From Myxococcota bacterium (GTDB taxonomy: Bacteria; Myxococcota_A; UBA796; UBA2385), in NCBI GenBank assembly GCA_044344255.1, contig JBIJDH010000002.1, positions 263,893 to 327,892 of the forward strand: DNA of 64,000 bases, written 5' to 3'. Made by a program: the position numbers and the translations under genes. The notes under the pieces were generated by a model that was not told the origin of the DNA, did not search any database, and saw nothing but the letters and a program-made list of their open reading frames with translations. The number at the start of each line of letters is the position of its first letter. Within the stretch, counting starts at the first letter, position 1. Below, one piece after another: positions 19,590 through 31,324 of this stretch.

Positions 19590-22489
19590 ATGCGCGACCG
19601 ATTCATGAACAACCGAGCCCTTCAACCTCAGCTCCCTTCGCTGCGGGTGGCTTCGGCGCCTGCGCCTCGCCGCCGGCGGCGCCCTCCCGTCTGGGGGAAG
19701 CTGCTGTTGATGGCCACCCTGTTGATCACCGCCCTGCCGGCCTGGGCCGCCGAGACGGTCGGGCAGATCATTGGCACCGTGCTCGATGATCAGGGCCTCC
19801 CCGTGCCGGGCTCGGTGGTCAACACCACCTCGGCGGCCCTCCAGGGAGCGCGGAGCGCCGACACCGACGGAGAGGGTCGCTTCCAGTTCGTGGCGCTCCC
19901 TCCGGGCGAGTATCGCGTGACGGTCGCCAAGCCCGGCTTCAATGACTACGCCGGCCTCATCTCGGTGGGCGCCGGCCGGAACTCGATCCTCAACGTCTCG
20001 CTGAAGGCGGCGGTCGCCCAGGCGGAGATGGTGGTCGAGGACGACGCGCCCACGATCGACGTCACGAGCGCCCGCTCCGGGCTGTCCCTCTCTCAAGAGC
20101 AGCTCCGCGACATCCCGAGCGCAGGCCGTGACTACCAGTCGGCCACGACGATGGCCGCAGGCGTGGTCGACAACGGGACGGGCAACAACAACGTCCGTGG
20201 ATCCCTCTCGTACGGGAACCAGTACTACCTGGACGGTGTGAACATCACCGATCCGATCACGAACACCTTCTCGATGAACATGAACTACGACGCCATCGCC
20301 GAAGTTCAGGTCATCACCGGTGGGATGGACGCCGAGTACGGCCGCTCGATGGGCGGCGCGGTCAACGTGGTCACGCGCTCGGGCGGAAACGAATTCGAGG
20401 GCGACTTCCAGCTGCTCTACAGCAGCACCGCCACCCGGGTCTACAAGAAGCTCCCGGAGGAGGAGGGTGTCCCCGTCCCCGAGCGGGCCTCCGAGAGCGC
20501 CGCCGTCAACCTCGGCGGGCCAATCGTGAAGGACCGCCTCTGGTTCTTCACGAGCGTGCAGGTAAACTATAGCCTGTACACGCCCGCGATGACCAAGGAA
20601 GTTCGCGACGAATTTCCCGCCGAGTTCACTTCTCAGGATGGGGGGAGCACGGTCTACGACATCCCCACCCAGAAGTGGACCAGCGTGTACTGGTTCGGCA
20701 AGCTCACCTACTCGCCGAACCCGAACCACCGGATCATCGCTCACGCTCAGGGTGACCCCACCAACATCGACAACTCGACCGCCAGCATCTACACCCTGTC
20801 GAATGACGAGGTCTGGTGGAGGCAGGGCGGGTGGCTGAGCTCGGTCCAGCACGTCTGGACGCCGGCGGCCTCGGTCATCGTCGATACGCAGCTCTCTTAC
20901 TCGACGAGCTACATCAACACACAGCCGATGCAGTGGAAGGACTGCAAGAGTTACGACGCCGACGGCGCCTGTGAGGATGACTTCGCCGCCGAGTACGGGG
21001 CCTGGCAGTCGAGCTCCGGCTACAGCTATGGGCCCTTTCCTTACGCCAGCTACTCGAGCCGCCAGCGGTATTCCCTCGTGAGCTCGATCACGAAGTTCTT
21101 CGAGCTCTGGGGCCGACACCAGGTGAAGGCCGGCGTGCAGGGAGACCTGCTCCGCACGTCGTCGATCAACCCCGGCCTCGAGGATGGTATCCCCTACTAT
21201 GAGCCCGGCGCCGGCGGTGTGGGGGACCTCGCGGGTTACCAGCCCTCCTTCCTCCTCCGGTACGACACGAACCTCGAGGCCGAGCAGGGTGGCGGCATCG
21301 CCAGCGTCTACCTCCAAGATGCCTGGCAGCCGATCGATCGCCTCACGCTGCGCCCCGGCGCCCGCCTCGACTACAGCAGCTTCAGCAACAACGTGGGCGA
21401 GGAGGTCTTCTCGGCCCTCACCGTGGCGCCCCGCGTCGGCGCCGCCTACGACCTCACGGGTGACGGTCGCACCTCGACCCACGCCTTCTATGGGCGCTTC
21501 TACGACAGCGGCTTCCTCGAGATCCCCGACATCCTGTCCCGCGGCCTCAGCGGCTACGGGTATTACAATTGGGACGCCGAGGCCGAAGACTGGGAGACGG
21601 AGCCGAACCTGTCGGTCGCCTCGACCTTCCTCGTCCACGAGGATCTCGTCCCGCCGCACTCCGACGAATTTGACCTCGGCTTCAGCCGCGACTTCGGCAA
21701 CGGCTGGGCCGGTGACCTCACCTGGACCTACGAGGTCAGCCGCAACCTCTTCGAGGACGACGAGGTCAACCTCATCTGGAACGCGGATGGCACCGAGATC
21801 ATCGGCTCCCGCGACGGCACCGGCGAGACCTACTACCGCCTGCGCACCCCCGACGAGGCCTTCACCAAGTACACCTCGCTCGAGTTCGCCGTGAACCGCG
21901 ACTATGGCGACGGCTGGACCCTCTTCTCCTCCTACACCTGGAGCCGCGCCTGGGGCCGCACCCGCGACGACATCAGTCAGGGGCTGGCCTCGGCCTCCTT
22001 TGATATCGGCCCCCAGCAGGAGTTTGAAGAGGGCCTGATGCCCTATGACACGCCGCACTCGGTGAAGGTGGCCGGCTCCTATCGAGACCCAGACACCATC
22101 GCGATCGGCGACAAGTCGGCCCTCGGCTGGCTCTTCGGCTGGAACTACATGCTGAGCTCGGGCACGCCCTATCGGCCGGTCTATTACCAGCCGACCTATC
22201 AGGACTGGATCAATTACAAGGAGCCCCTGAACGGCGACTATCGCCTCCCGGCCTACTCCCGCCTCGACGCCAAGGTGGGCGTCTCCTTCCAGCGCGGCCA
22301 GACCAACTGGGATGTGACCGCCGAGTGTTTTAACGTGCTGAACGACCGAACCGTCACCTCTGTGTGGACCCTCGCCGACAACCCGGACGGCACGCCCCAG
22401 ACCGACGAAGACGGCAACATCCGCCTCGGTCAGCCCGACGGGCGTCAGTCTCCTCGATACTTCCAGCTCGGCCTCCGGGGGGAATTCTG

Positions 22490-22490
<1 letters not shown>
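19590..22490 (+). CDS. TonB-dependent receptor (carboxypeptidase-regulatory-like domain + plug + barrel)
   Basis: 966 aa with a long Arg-rich signal, a CarbopepD-like N-terminal domain (RFQFVALPPGEYRVTV), a plug region and a C-terminal aromatic residue (..LGLRGEF). Start could alternatively be Met 6. Confidence 0.85.
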
Positions 22491-24200
<1,710 letters not shown>

Positions 24201-24202
<2 letters not shown>

Positions 24203-24242
24203 GGGGCATCAGCCGAGGGGCATCAGCCGAGGGACATCAGCC
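24201..24242. terminator. 3 tandem 14-bp units GAGGGGCATCAGCC between convergent genes, with GAGGG(G/A)-N7-CCCCTC hairpin potential (possible bidirectional terminator)
   Basis: Read directly. Units begin 1 nt after the lipoprotein stop and overlap the last codons of ttcA. Confidence 0.4.
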
Positions 24243-25020
24243 CCTCGTCTGTCCCCTTGGCGCCGCCTTCGCCGAGACGGGCGAGGAGCTCGGCGTCGAG
24301 GAGGTGGCTCGGCACCACCTTGCCGAGGGCGGCGAAGAGGTTTCCGGGGACGTTGTCGTTCTCGGCGGTGAGCTCGGCGACGAGCCGCTTGACCCGCTTC
24401 CGCTGGAGGTGCTCCTGGCTGCCGCAGAGGTCACAGGGGATGATGGGGAAGGCCTGCTCGGCGGCGTAGGTGATGAGGTCCTCCTCCCGCACATAAGCGA
24501 GCGGGCGGATGACCACGTTGCGCCCGTCGTCGGAGACGAGGCGCGGCGGCATCGAGGAGATGCGCCCGGAGTAGAAGAGGTTGAGGAGGAGGGTCTCCAC
24601 CATGTCGTCGCGGTGGTGGCCGAGGGCGATCTTGGTGCAGCCGAGCTCCACGGCGGCATTGTAGAGGATCCCGCGGCGGAGGCGGGAGCAGAGCGAGCAG
24701 AAGGTCTTTCCGACCGGGATCTTCTCCTGCACGATCGAGTAGGTGTCCTGCTTGAGCATCCGCACCTCGACCGCCTGCGCGCGGAGCCAGGCCTCGAGGC
24801 GGTCGGCCGGGAAGCCGGGGTGGCCCTGGTCGAGGTTCACGGCGACGAGCGAGAAGGGAAAGGGCGCCCGCGCCTGGATTTTTTGCAGCAGGCGCAGCAT
24901 GGCGAAGGAGTCTTTGCCGCCGGAGACGCAGACCATCACGCGGTCATCGGGCTCGATGAGCCGGAAGTCGGCGCTGGCCCGCGCGACCTCGGCGGTGAGC
25001 TTGTGTTCCAGGCGATTCAC
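24223..25020 (-). CDS. ttcA: tRNA 2-thiocytidine(32) synthetase TtcA
   Basis: PP-loop SGGKDS and the paired CxxC motifs (CSLCSRLRRG.., ..PCDLCGSQ) typical of TtcA. GTG start at Val 65 of the track ORF. Confidence 0.85.
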   Translation of the reverse strand: MNRLEHKLTAEVARASADFRLIEPDDRVMVCVSGGKDSFAMLRLLQKIQARAPFPFSLVAVNLDQGHPGFPADRLEAWLRAQAVEVRMLKQDTYSIVQEKIPVGKTFCSLCSRLRRGILYNAAVELGCTKIALGHHRDDMVETLLLNLFYSGRISSMPPRLVSDDGRNVVIRPLAYVREEDLITYAAEQAFPIIPCDLCGSQEHLQRKRVKRLVAELTAENDNVPGNLFAALGKVVPSHLLDAELLARLGEGGAKGTDEGLMSLG

Positions 25021-25040
25021 GTGTGCTCCAGGCGGTTCAT
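25001..25040. repeat. 20-bp tandem duplication (TTGTGTTCCAGGCGATTCAC / GTGTGCTCCAGGCGGTTCAT, 3 mismatches) at the ttcA start
   Basis: Read directly. The distal copy supplies an ATG whose frame stops after 7 codons (TGA overlapping the ttcA GTG). Confidence 0.7.
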
Positions 25041-25180
25041 GGGGGCCCCCGGCGGGCGTCCAGCACCTACCCGCGGCGCGGGGCTGGCGCCAAGCCGGGC
25101 GTCGCGCCGTGTCGAAGGCCGGCGGCCGCGCTACGGGGCCCGGAGACGTCTCGTGTTCTCTGTCGAAGGAGGAGAGGCCC

Positions 25181-26128
25181 ATGTCGGCCATCCAGGTCCG
25201 GGAGCTCCACAAGTCCTACGGCAATCATGTCGCCTTGCGCGGCATCAGCTTCGAGGTGAACGAGGGCGAGGTGGTCGGCTTCCTTGGGCCCAACGGGGCG
25301 GGCAAGAGCACGGCGATGAAGATCATCACCGGATTCCTCGCGCCCTCGGGGGGCTCGGCGGCCATCCAGGGCCACGACGTGCTGCTCTCACCCATCGAGG
25401 CCCGAGGAAAGATCGGCTACCTCCCGGAGAACGCTCCGATCTATCCGGACATGGTGGTGCGCGACTTCCTCGAGTATGTCGGGCGGGTGCGCGGGCTGGG
25501 GCGCGCCGAGCGCGCGACCGCCATCGAGCGGGTGGCCGATCAGTGCGGCATCCCCGATCGCCTCGGCCAGCGGGTGGGGGAGCTCTCCAAGGGCTACCGC
25601 CAGCGGGTCGGGCTCGCGCAGGCCCTCATCCACAGCCCGCCCATCCTCATCCTCGATGAGCCCACCACCGGCCTCGACCCCAACCAGATCGTCGAGATCC
25701 GCAACCTCATCCGAGAGATCGGCCGCCACAAGACCGTGGTGCTGTCCACCCACATCCTCTCCGAGGTCCAGGCCACCTGTGACCGCGTGGTGATCATCAA
25801 CCGGGGCACGCTGGTGGCGGACGGCGCCACCGATGAGGTCACCACCCGCACCCGCGGCGGTCAGCTCCTCCAGCTCACCCTCGCGCCGGGCAAGGTGGCG
25901 CCCTCGGCCGAGGCCGTCGCCGTGGCGCTGGCCCACGTGAGCGGCGTGGAGCGGGTCAAGGCCATCGAGGCCGCCACATCGGAGCAGTACGCCTTCGAGG
26001 TGCTGGCCAGCGTGGATGTGCGCGCCGAGCTCTTCCGCCTCGCGGTGGATCAAGGGCTCGTGCTGCTGGAGATGTCGCGCGAGAAGTCCAACCTCGAGGA
26101 GGTCTTCCGACGGCTCACCCAGCGCTGA
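25181..26128 (+). CDS. ABC transporter ATP-binding protein (ABC-2/GldA-like)
   Basis: Walker A GPNGAGKST, signature LSKGYRQRVGLAQAL, Walker B ILILDEPTTGLD. Preceded by GAAGGAGGAG. No permease gene adjacent. Confidence 0.9.
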   Translation: MSAIQVRELHKSYGNHVALRGISFEVNEGEVVGFLGPNGAGKSTAMKIITGFLAPSGGSAAIQGHDVLLSPIEARGKIGYLPENAPIYPDMVVRDFLEYVGRVRGLGRAERATAIERVADQCGIPDRLGQRVGELSKGYRQRVGLAQALIHSPPILILDEPTTGLDPNQIVEIRNLIREIGRHKTVVLSTHILSEVQATCDRVVIINRGTLVADGATDEVTTRTRGGQLLQLTLAPGKVAPSAEAVAVALAHVSGVERVKAIEAATSEQYAFEVLASVDVRAELFRLAVDQGLVLLEMSREKSNLEEVFRRLTQR

Positions 26129-27071
26129 CGGCGATCAACATCTTGATCGCCACCCCGGCCAGGCCGAGCAGCAAGATCAGGCCGATGATCAAGCCGTAGG
26201 GCGGCTTTCGACGCATATCGACCACCGGCGCCGGGCGAGAGACCTGCGGAGGCGGAGCGGCGGGTGTCGGTGCGGGCAGGCTCGGCTGCTCGGGCGGCGT
26301 CGTCGGCTCCCCAACCTCCGCGGCGGCGTCCGCGGCGCTGAGACCGGCGTCGGTGCGCTTCCAGCCTCCGCGGGCGGCGCGGGAGGCCACGGGGGCCTGA
26401 ACGCGGTCCGAGACGGTGAGCACGACGGCGAACTCGGGGTGATCGGCGAGTCGAGTGAAGGCCGCCGTGCCCGGGACGCGCACGCGCTCGTCCCCCGTCA
26501 GGCGCCCGAGGTACAGCATCTCCCGCAGCGTGACCCGGTCATAGGGGCCTTGGATGCTGTCTCCTTGCGCGAGCTGGAGCTCGAAGGCGGCGGGGAGCGC
26601 GGGCTCGTGGATCGGGCCCAGCGGCGCCTCGGCGGCGACGACCGGCGCAGCACCCTCGGTGGCGCCCATCGGCGGAGGGTTGGGTGGGGGGCTGGGCGGG
26701 AGGGACAGGGCCGGCGCCGGGGAGGGGTCTCTCTGCGGGGGGAGGGAGGCGGGGAGGCCCCCTACCGGCTTGGACAGGTTGATGCTCCGCACCCGCGGCG
26801 GCGGCGCGGCGGGATCGGCGGCGCGAGGCGCCGTGGAGAGGGAGCGGGGCGAGGGCGGCGGCGGGAGCACCGCTGGGCGGGCCACGATGGTGGCGGCCTC
26901 ATCGGCCAGCTCGTCGGGGTACGCCGGGGCGGGGGTGGGCGAGAGGCCATCGGCGTCGGGGTCATCGATGTCGCCCACCGACCGCGAGAGACCACAGCGG
27001 CCGCAGGAGGCCGGCAGGACGCCCCGCACGGGGACCAAGGGTTCCCCACACTTCGGACATGGGTTCATCAT
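26115..27071 (-). CDS. zinc-ribbon / Pro-rich / DUF4339(GYF-like) domain protein with C-terminal TM helix
   Basis: Starts MMNPCPKCGEPL..CGRCG (two CxxC pairs). Long Pro-rich linker. A ..GPYDRVTLREMLYLGRLTGDERVRVPG.. module. C-terminal helix LIIGLILLLGLAGVAI. Confidence 0.6.
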   Translation of the reverse strand: MMNPCPKCGEPLVPVRGVLPASCGRCGLSRSVGDIDDPDADGLSPTPAPAYPDELADEAATIVARPAVLPPPPSPRSLSTAPRAADPAAPPPRVRSINLSKPVGGLPASLPPQRDPSPAPALSLPPSPPPNPPPMGATEGAAPVVAAEAPLGPIHEPALPAAFELQLAQGDSIQGPYDRVTLREMLYLGRLTGDERVRVPGTAAFTRLADHPEFAVVLTVSDRVQAPVASRAARGGWKRTDAGLSAADAAAEVGEPTTPPEQPSLPAPTPAAPPPQVSRPAPVVDMRRKPPYGLIIGLILLLGLAGVAIKMLIAVSAG

Positions 27072-27114
27072 CGGCGGAATGTAGCACCCCGACGGATGGG
27101 ATACCCGCACCGTC

Positions 27115-29088
27115 ATGTCCGCCGATCCCCCGAAGAGCCCTCGCAGTCCAGACCTCCGGGCCGCGTCCGGGCGCGCCCCGAACGCCAAGGGGGCGGCGGC
27201 GCCCGCGCTGCGGGAGGGCGCTCCGGACGCACGAGAGCACCGGATCATCGGCACCGCCGGGCACATCGATCATGGCAAGACCAGCCTCATCCGGGCCCTC
27301 ACCGGGGTGGACCTCGACGCGTCTCCCGAGGAGAAGGCACGGGGCATCACGATCAGCCTCGGCTTCACCCACAAGCGCCTGCCGTCGGGGCGCCAGGCCT
27401 CCTTCATCGACGTGCCGGGTCATGAGCGGCTCGTCCGCACGATGATCGCCGGCGCGACGGGGCTCGACGCCGTGATGCTCTGTGTGTCGGCGGTGGAGGG
27501 CGTCATGCCCCAGACCCGCGAACACCTGGCGATCCTCGGCCTGTTGGGCATTGAGCGTGGCCTTGTCGCCCTGACCATGACCGATCTCGCTGATCCCGAC
27601 ACCCTCGCCCTCGCTCGGATGGACGTCGAAGAGGCGGTGGCGGGCACCTTCCTCGAGGGGGCGCCCATCCTCGAGACCTCCGCCGGCCCCGAGCCCACGG
27701 GGCTGGACGCCCTCCTCCTCGCCCTCGACGACCTCCCTCCCCGGGCCGCCGCGCAGGAGGGCCCCTTCCGCCTCCCGGTTGACCGCGCCTTCGTGCGCAG
27801 GGGCTTTGGCACGGTGGTCACCGGGACCGCGCGCAGCGGCGCGCTGAGCGACGGTGAGGAGGTGGAGGTCCTGCCTGCGGGGATCCGCTGCCGCGTGCGC
27901 GGGATCCAGGTGCACGGCGAGCGCTGGTCGGGCACCCGGGCCGGCCTCCGCACCGCCCTCAACCTGAGCGGGGTCGAGCGGGATGACCTCGAGCGCGGCA
28001 TGGTCGTCGTGCGCCCCGGCAGCCTGGTCGCCGGCAGCGTGGTCGACGCCCGCTATCAGCACCTCCCTGGGGCGCCCCTCCTCGAAGACGGCGACCGAGT
28101 GCGGATCCTCGTCGGGACCGCCGAGGAGATGGCCGTCGTGACCGTGATCGGCCTCGAGGGAGATCGGGCCGAGGAGGCGGCAGATCCGGGAGCGCTGGCC
28201 GTGTTCGGCGGAGAGGTCGCGTGGCTGCAGCTCCGCCTCGACGGCCCGATCGTCACCCTGCCCGGGGATCGGTTCGTCCTCCGCCGAGAGTCCCCCGTCG
28301 AGACGCTGGGCGGCGGCCTGATCCTCGATCCCTGGGCCCCCCGCGCGCGCCGTCGAGACCGATTGGCCACTCGGGAGGCCCTGCGCGCGCTCCACGGCGG
28401 TGATCGGATGGTCTTGCTCGAGCGGGCAGGGGACGCCGGGCTCGACGCCGCCGGGCTCGTGGCCCGACAGGTCCGAGGTGGCGTGGAGCTCGGCGACCGT
28501 CACCTCCACCCCGCTCGGGTGCGCCTCCTTGAAGCCACGCTGCTGGCCGCGCTCTCGGCCTGGCATCGCGCGCGGCCCCTCCTCCCGGGCGCGCCTCGGC
28601 GCGAGCTCCACGGCGCCGAGCTGCCGCAGCTCAGCGAGCGCGCCTTTGACGCCCTCGTGGCGGGGCTCGCCGCGTCGGGGCAGGTGGCCCTGGAGGGCCC
28701 ACGCCTGCGCTTGCCCGACTTTCAGGTCACGCTCGACGCGGGCCAGCGCGCCCGCACGGCGGCGATCGAGGCGGAGCTCCAGGCCGCGGGCCTCGAGGGC
28801 CCGAAGGCCGGTGAGCTCCTGGGGCGAGAGCCCGATCTGGTCTTCCTCCTCCTCGAGGCGGGCACGGCGGTCCGGGTGGGGGAGCACATCCTCCACGCCG
28901 CCGCCCTGACCGGGCTCGAGGCCGCCGTGCTCGCCTTCTTCGCCGGTCACGAGGAGCTCAGCCCCATCGACTTCAAGGAGCTGACCGGCCTCAGCCGCAA
29001 GCACGCCATCCCCCTCCTCGAGTGGCTGGACGCGCGGCGGATCACCCTGCGTCGGGGCGACGGGCGGGTCCGTTTCGTCTTGTCTTGA
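27115..29088 (+). CDS. selB: selenocysteine-specific translation elongation factor
   Basis: GTP-binding domain ([16 protein letters not shown]) followed by the winged-helix mRNA-binding extension that distinguishes SelB from EF-Tu. 657 aa. Confidence 0.9.
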   Translation: MSADPPKSPRSPDLRAASGRAPNAKGAAAPALREGAPDAREHRIIGTAGHIDHGKTSLIRALTGVDLDASPEEKARGITISLGFTHKRLPSGRQASFIDVPGHERLVRTMIAGATGLDAVMLCVSAVEGVMPQTREHLAILGLLGIERGLVALTMTDLADPDTLALARMDVEEAVAGTFLEGAPILETSAGPEPTGLDALLLALDDLPPRAAAQEGPFRLPVDRAFVRRGFGTVVTGTARSGALSDGEEVEVLPAGIRCRVRGIQVHGERWSGTRAGLRTALNLSGVERDDLERGMVVVRPGSLVAGSVVDARYQHLPGAPLLEDGDRVRILVGTAEEMAVVTVIGLEGDRAEEAADPGALAVFGGEVAWLQLRLDGPIVTLPGDRFVLRRESPVETLGGGLILDPWAPRARRRDRLATREALRALHGGDRMVLLERAGDAGLDAAGLVARQVRGGVELGDRHLHPARVRLLEATLLAALSAWHRARPLLPGAPRRELHGAELPQLSERAFDALVAGLAASGQVALEGPRLRLPDFQVTLDAGQRARTAAIEAELQAAGLEGPKAGELLGREPDLVFLLLEAGTAVRVGEHILHAAALTGLEAAVLAFFAGHEELSPIDFKELTGLSRKHAIPLLEWLDARRITLRRGDGRVRFVLS

Positions 29089-29165
29089 GCCTTCCGCCGC
29101 TTCGGGGCCCCGCGGGGGACCGCGGCTCGTCGGTTGGGTTAGGCCTCCCGCCTCGGAGGTCTTCC

Positions 29166-30416
29166 GTGTCTGAACTGAGCGCGCCGCCCCTCGCCCCTGT
29201 CGCCGTAGACGATCTTGGCACCGCCAACAGCGAGCTCCTCATCGGCCTCGCAGACCAGTACGGCGCCCACAACTACCACCCGCTGCCGATCGTGGTGACG
29301 CGGGCCCTCGGCTGCTGGGTGCAGGACCCCTCCGGGCGCCGCTACCTCGACATGCTGTCGAGCTACTCGGCCCTGAACCAGGGGCACCGTCACCCGAAGA
29401 TCATCGGCGCCCTCAAAGACCAGGCCGACCGGGTGACCCTGACGAGCCGGGCCTTCCACAATGATCAGCTCGGCCCCTTCCTCCAGAAGCTCTGCGAGGT
29501 CACCGGCTTCCCCCGCGTGCTGCCGATGAACTCGGGGGCCGAGGCGGTGGAGACGGGCATCAAGGCCTGCCGAAAGTGGGGCTACAAGGTCAAGGGGATC
29601 CCTCACGACCAGGCCGAGATCATCGTCTGTGCCGACAACTTCCACGGCCGCACCACCACGATCGTGAGCTTCTCCACCGAGGCACAGTACCGGGACGGCT
29701 TCGGCCCCTTCACGCCGGGCTTCAAGGTCATCCCCTTCGGGGACGCCGACGCGTTGGAGGCCGCGATCACGCCGAACACGGCCGCCTTCCTGGTCGAGCC
29801 CATCCAGGCCGAGGCGGGCATCTTGATGCCGGCCCCGGGCTACCTCTCGCGGGTCCGGGAGATCTGCACCCGTCACAACGTGCTGTTCTTCGCCGACGAG
29901 ATCCAGACCGGCCTCGGGCGCACGGGCCAGATGTTCGCCTGCGACGCCGAGGGCGTGAAGCCCGACTGCATGTCCCTCGGCAAGGCCCTGGGCGGCGGCG
30001 TCTTGCCGGTGAGCGCCTTCGTGGCGACCGACGAGGTGATGGCGGTCTTCCACCCGGGAGATCACGGCTCCACCTTCGGCGGGAACCCCTTGGCGGCCGC
30101 GGTCGCTCGCGCCTCGCTCGAGGTGCTGACCGACGAGCACCTCGCCGCTCGCGCGGCGGAGCTCGGGGGCTACCTGATGGGCCAGCTCCGAGAGATCAAC
30201 TCCCCCCACGTCCGCGAGATCCGCGGCGCGGGCTTGCTGGTCGGCATCGACATCCGCGCCGAGAGCGGCAAGGCGCGCCCCTTCTGCGAGCGGCTGATGG
30301 AGCGCGGGGTGCTCTGTAAGGAGACCCACGATCAGGTCATCCGCCTCGCGCCGCCCCTCGTCATCGAGCGTGACGAGATCGACTGGGCGGTCGAGCAGCT
30401 CCGAGCCGTGCTCTGA
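29166..30416 (+). CDS. rocD: ornithine aminotransferase (class-III PLP aminotransferase)
   Basis: GTG start after GGAGG. Class III aminotransferase motifs (..[13 protein letters not shown].., PLP-lysine region ..LGKALGGG..). Strong OAT-like pattern. Confidence 0.9.
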   Translation: MSELSAPPLAPVAVDDLGTANSELLIGLADQYGAHNYHPLPIVVTRALGCWVQDPSGRRYLDMLSSYSALNQGHRHPKIIGALKDQADRVTLTSRAFHNDQLGPFLQKLCEVTGFPRVLPMNSGAEAVETGIKACRKWGYKVKGIPHDQAEIIVCADNFHGRTTTIVSFSTEAQYRDGFGPFTPGFKVIPFGDADALEAAITPNTAAFLVEPIQAEAGILMPAPGYLSRVREICTRHNVLFFADEIQTGLGRTGQMFACDAEGVKPDCMSLGKALGGGVLPVSAFVATDEVMAVFHPGDHGSTFGGNPLAAAVARASLEVLTDEHLAARAAELGGYLMGQLREINSPHVREIRGAGLLVGIDIRAESGKARPFCERLMERGVLCKETHDQVIRLAPPLVIERDEIDWAVEQLRAVL

Positions 30417-30417
30417 C

Positions 30418-31191
30418 GTGACCACACCTTACAAAGCACCCTTCGTCTGGGACCTCCGGCTCACCCACGAGGGGGGCCGCTCGCTTCGCATCGAGCGGCG
30501 GGGGCGCGGCTTCCGCTTTGATCCCCACAGCGCGCCGATCCCGACCGAGGTCTCGGTGTTGACCGGTCCGTGGGCCACCAGCCTCGACGCGATGTCGTCG
30601 GCGGTGCGATCGGCCTCGCAGCCCACCCTCGTGGCGGAGGGAGAGCTGAGGGCCTTTCTGGAGGGGCAGGGGCCGGTAATGGCGGTCAAGGCGCCCTGCT
30701 CGCTCGACGGCGTACAGGTGTCGCTGCGGGAGGCCCCGGTGCCGCCCGATGAGCCCTTGGCGTCGCGGGCTCAGCAGGCGCTCCGGCCCGTCCGCGCGGT
30801 CGCTCACCTGCTCGCGCGGTCCCGACGGCCCCGCTCGGCCCCCCAAGCGGTGGAGCTCCGCTTCCCCTCCGGTCGTCGGCTGGTTCACCTCGGCCTCGCG
30901 CTCCACGAAGGCACGCCGGCGGACTGGATCGAGGGCGTGGTCCGCGAGTGGGGGGCACCGGACTGGCTGGTGCTCGGCGCGGCTTATGGTCAGGAGTCGG
31001 CCGCGGCCGCGCTCCTCCCTCGCCTCGGCGCCGGCAAGGTGCTCGTGACCGACCTCGTCGGCGATGAGCGCCGGGAGCGCGGTCTCCCGGCTCGCCTGCT
31101 CACGCCGATGGTGGATGAGCTTCGACGGGGCGGCATCGACGCCTATGTCTTCGTGCACGGCGCCTCGATGCGCTTCGAGGACGGCGCGTGA
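30418..31191 (+). CDS. hypothetical protein (degenerate MBL-fold-like)
   Basis: GTG 2 nt after the rocD stop. The pattern ..LRLTHEGGRSLRIERRGRGFRFDPH.. and C-terminal ..DAYVFVHGASMRF resemble an MBL-fold hydrolase lacking the HxHxDH motif. Confidence 0.45.
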   Translation: MTTPYKAPFVWDLRLTHEGGRSLRIERRGRGFRFDPHSAPIPTEVSVLTGPWATSLDAMSSAVRSASQPTLVAEGELRAFLEGQGPVMAVKAPCSLDGVQVSLREAPVPPDEPLASRAQQALRPVRAVAHLLARSRRPRSAPQAVELRFPSGRRLVHLGLALHEGTPADWIEGVVREWGAPDWLVLGAAYGQESAAAALLPRLGAGKVLVTDLVGDERRERGLPARLLTPMVDELRRGGIDAYVFVHGASMRFEDGA

Positions 31192-31324
31192 CCGCGTCGG
31201 GCCCGCGCCCGCTCTTCGGCCCGATTCCGCGGACGCGATCGTGTCGACGCGGGTTGTCTGCAATCTCCCTCGTCCCCGGACGTAGTCTCCGCTCCACCAC
31301 CGCCCACCCCCTCAGGAGGGAACC

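Noticed and set aside
26962-29004. 680-aa minus-strand ORF and 16219..17796 / 36692..38749 / 59152..60516 / 60465..62303 plus-strand ORFs
   Set aside because: Each is antisense to a strongly supported gene (selB, aconitase-family, ABC ATPase and glycosyltransferase-like, ribBA, ribE and ribD) and shows no domain motifs.
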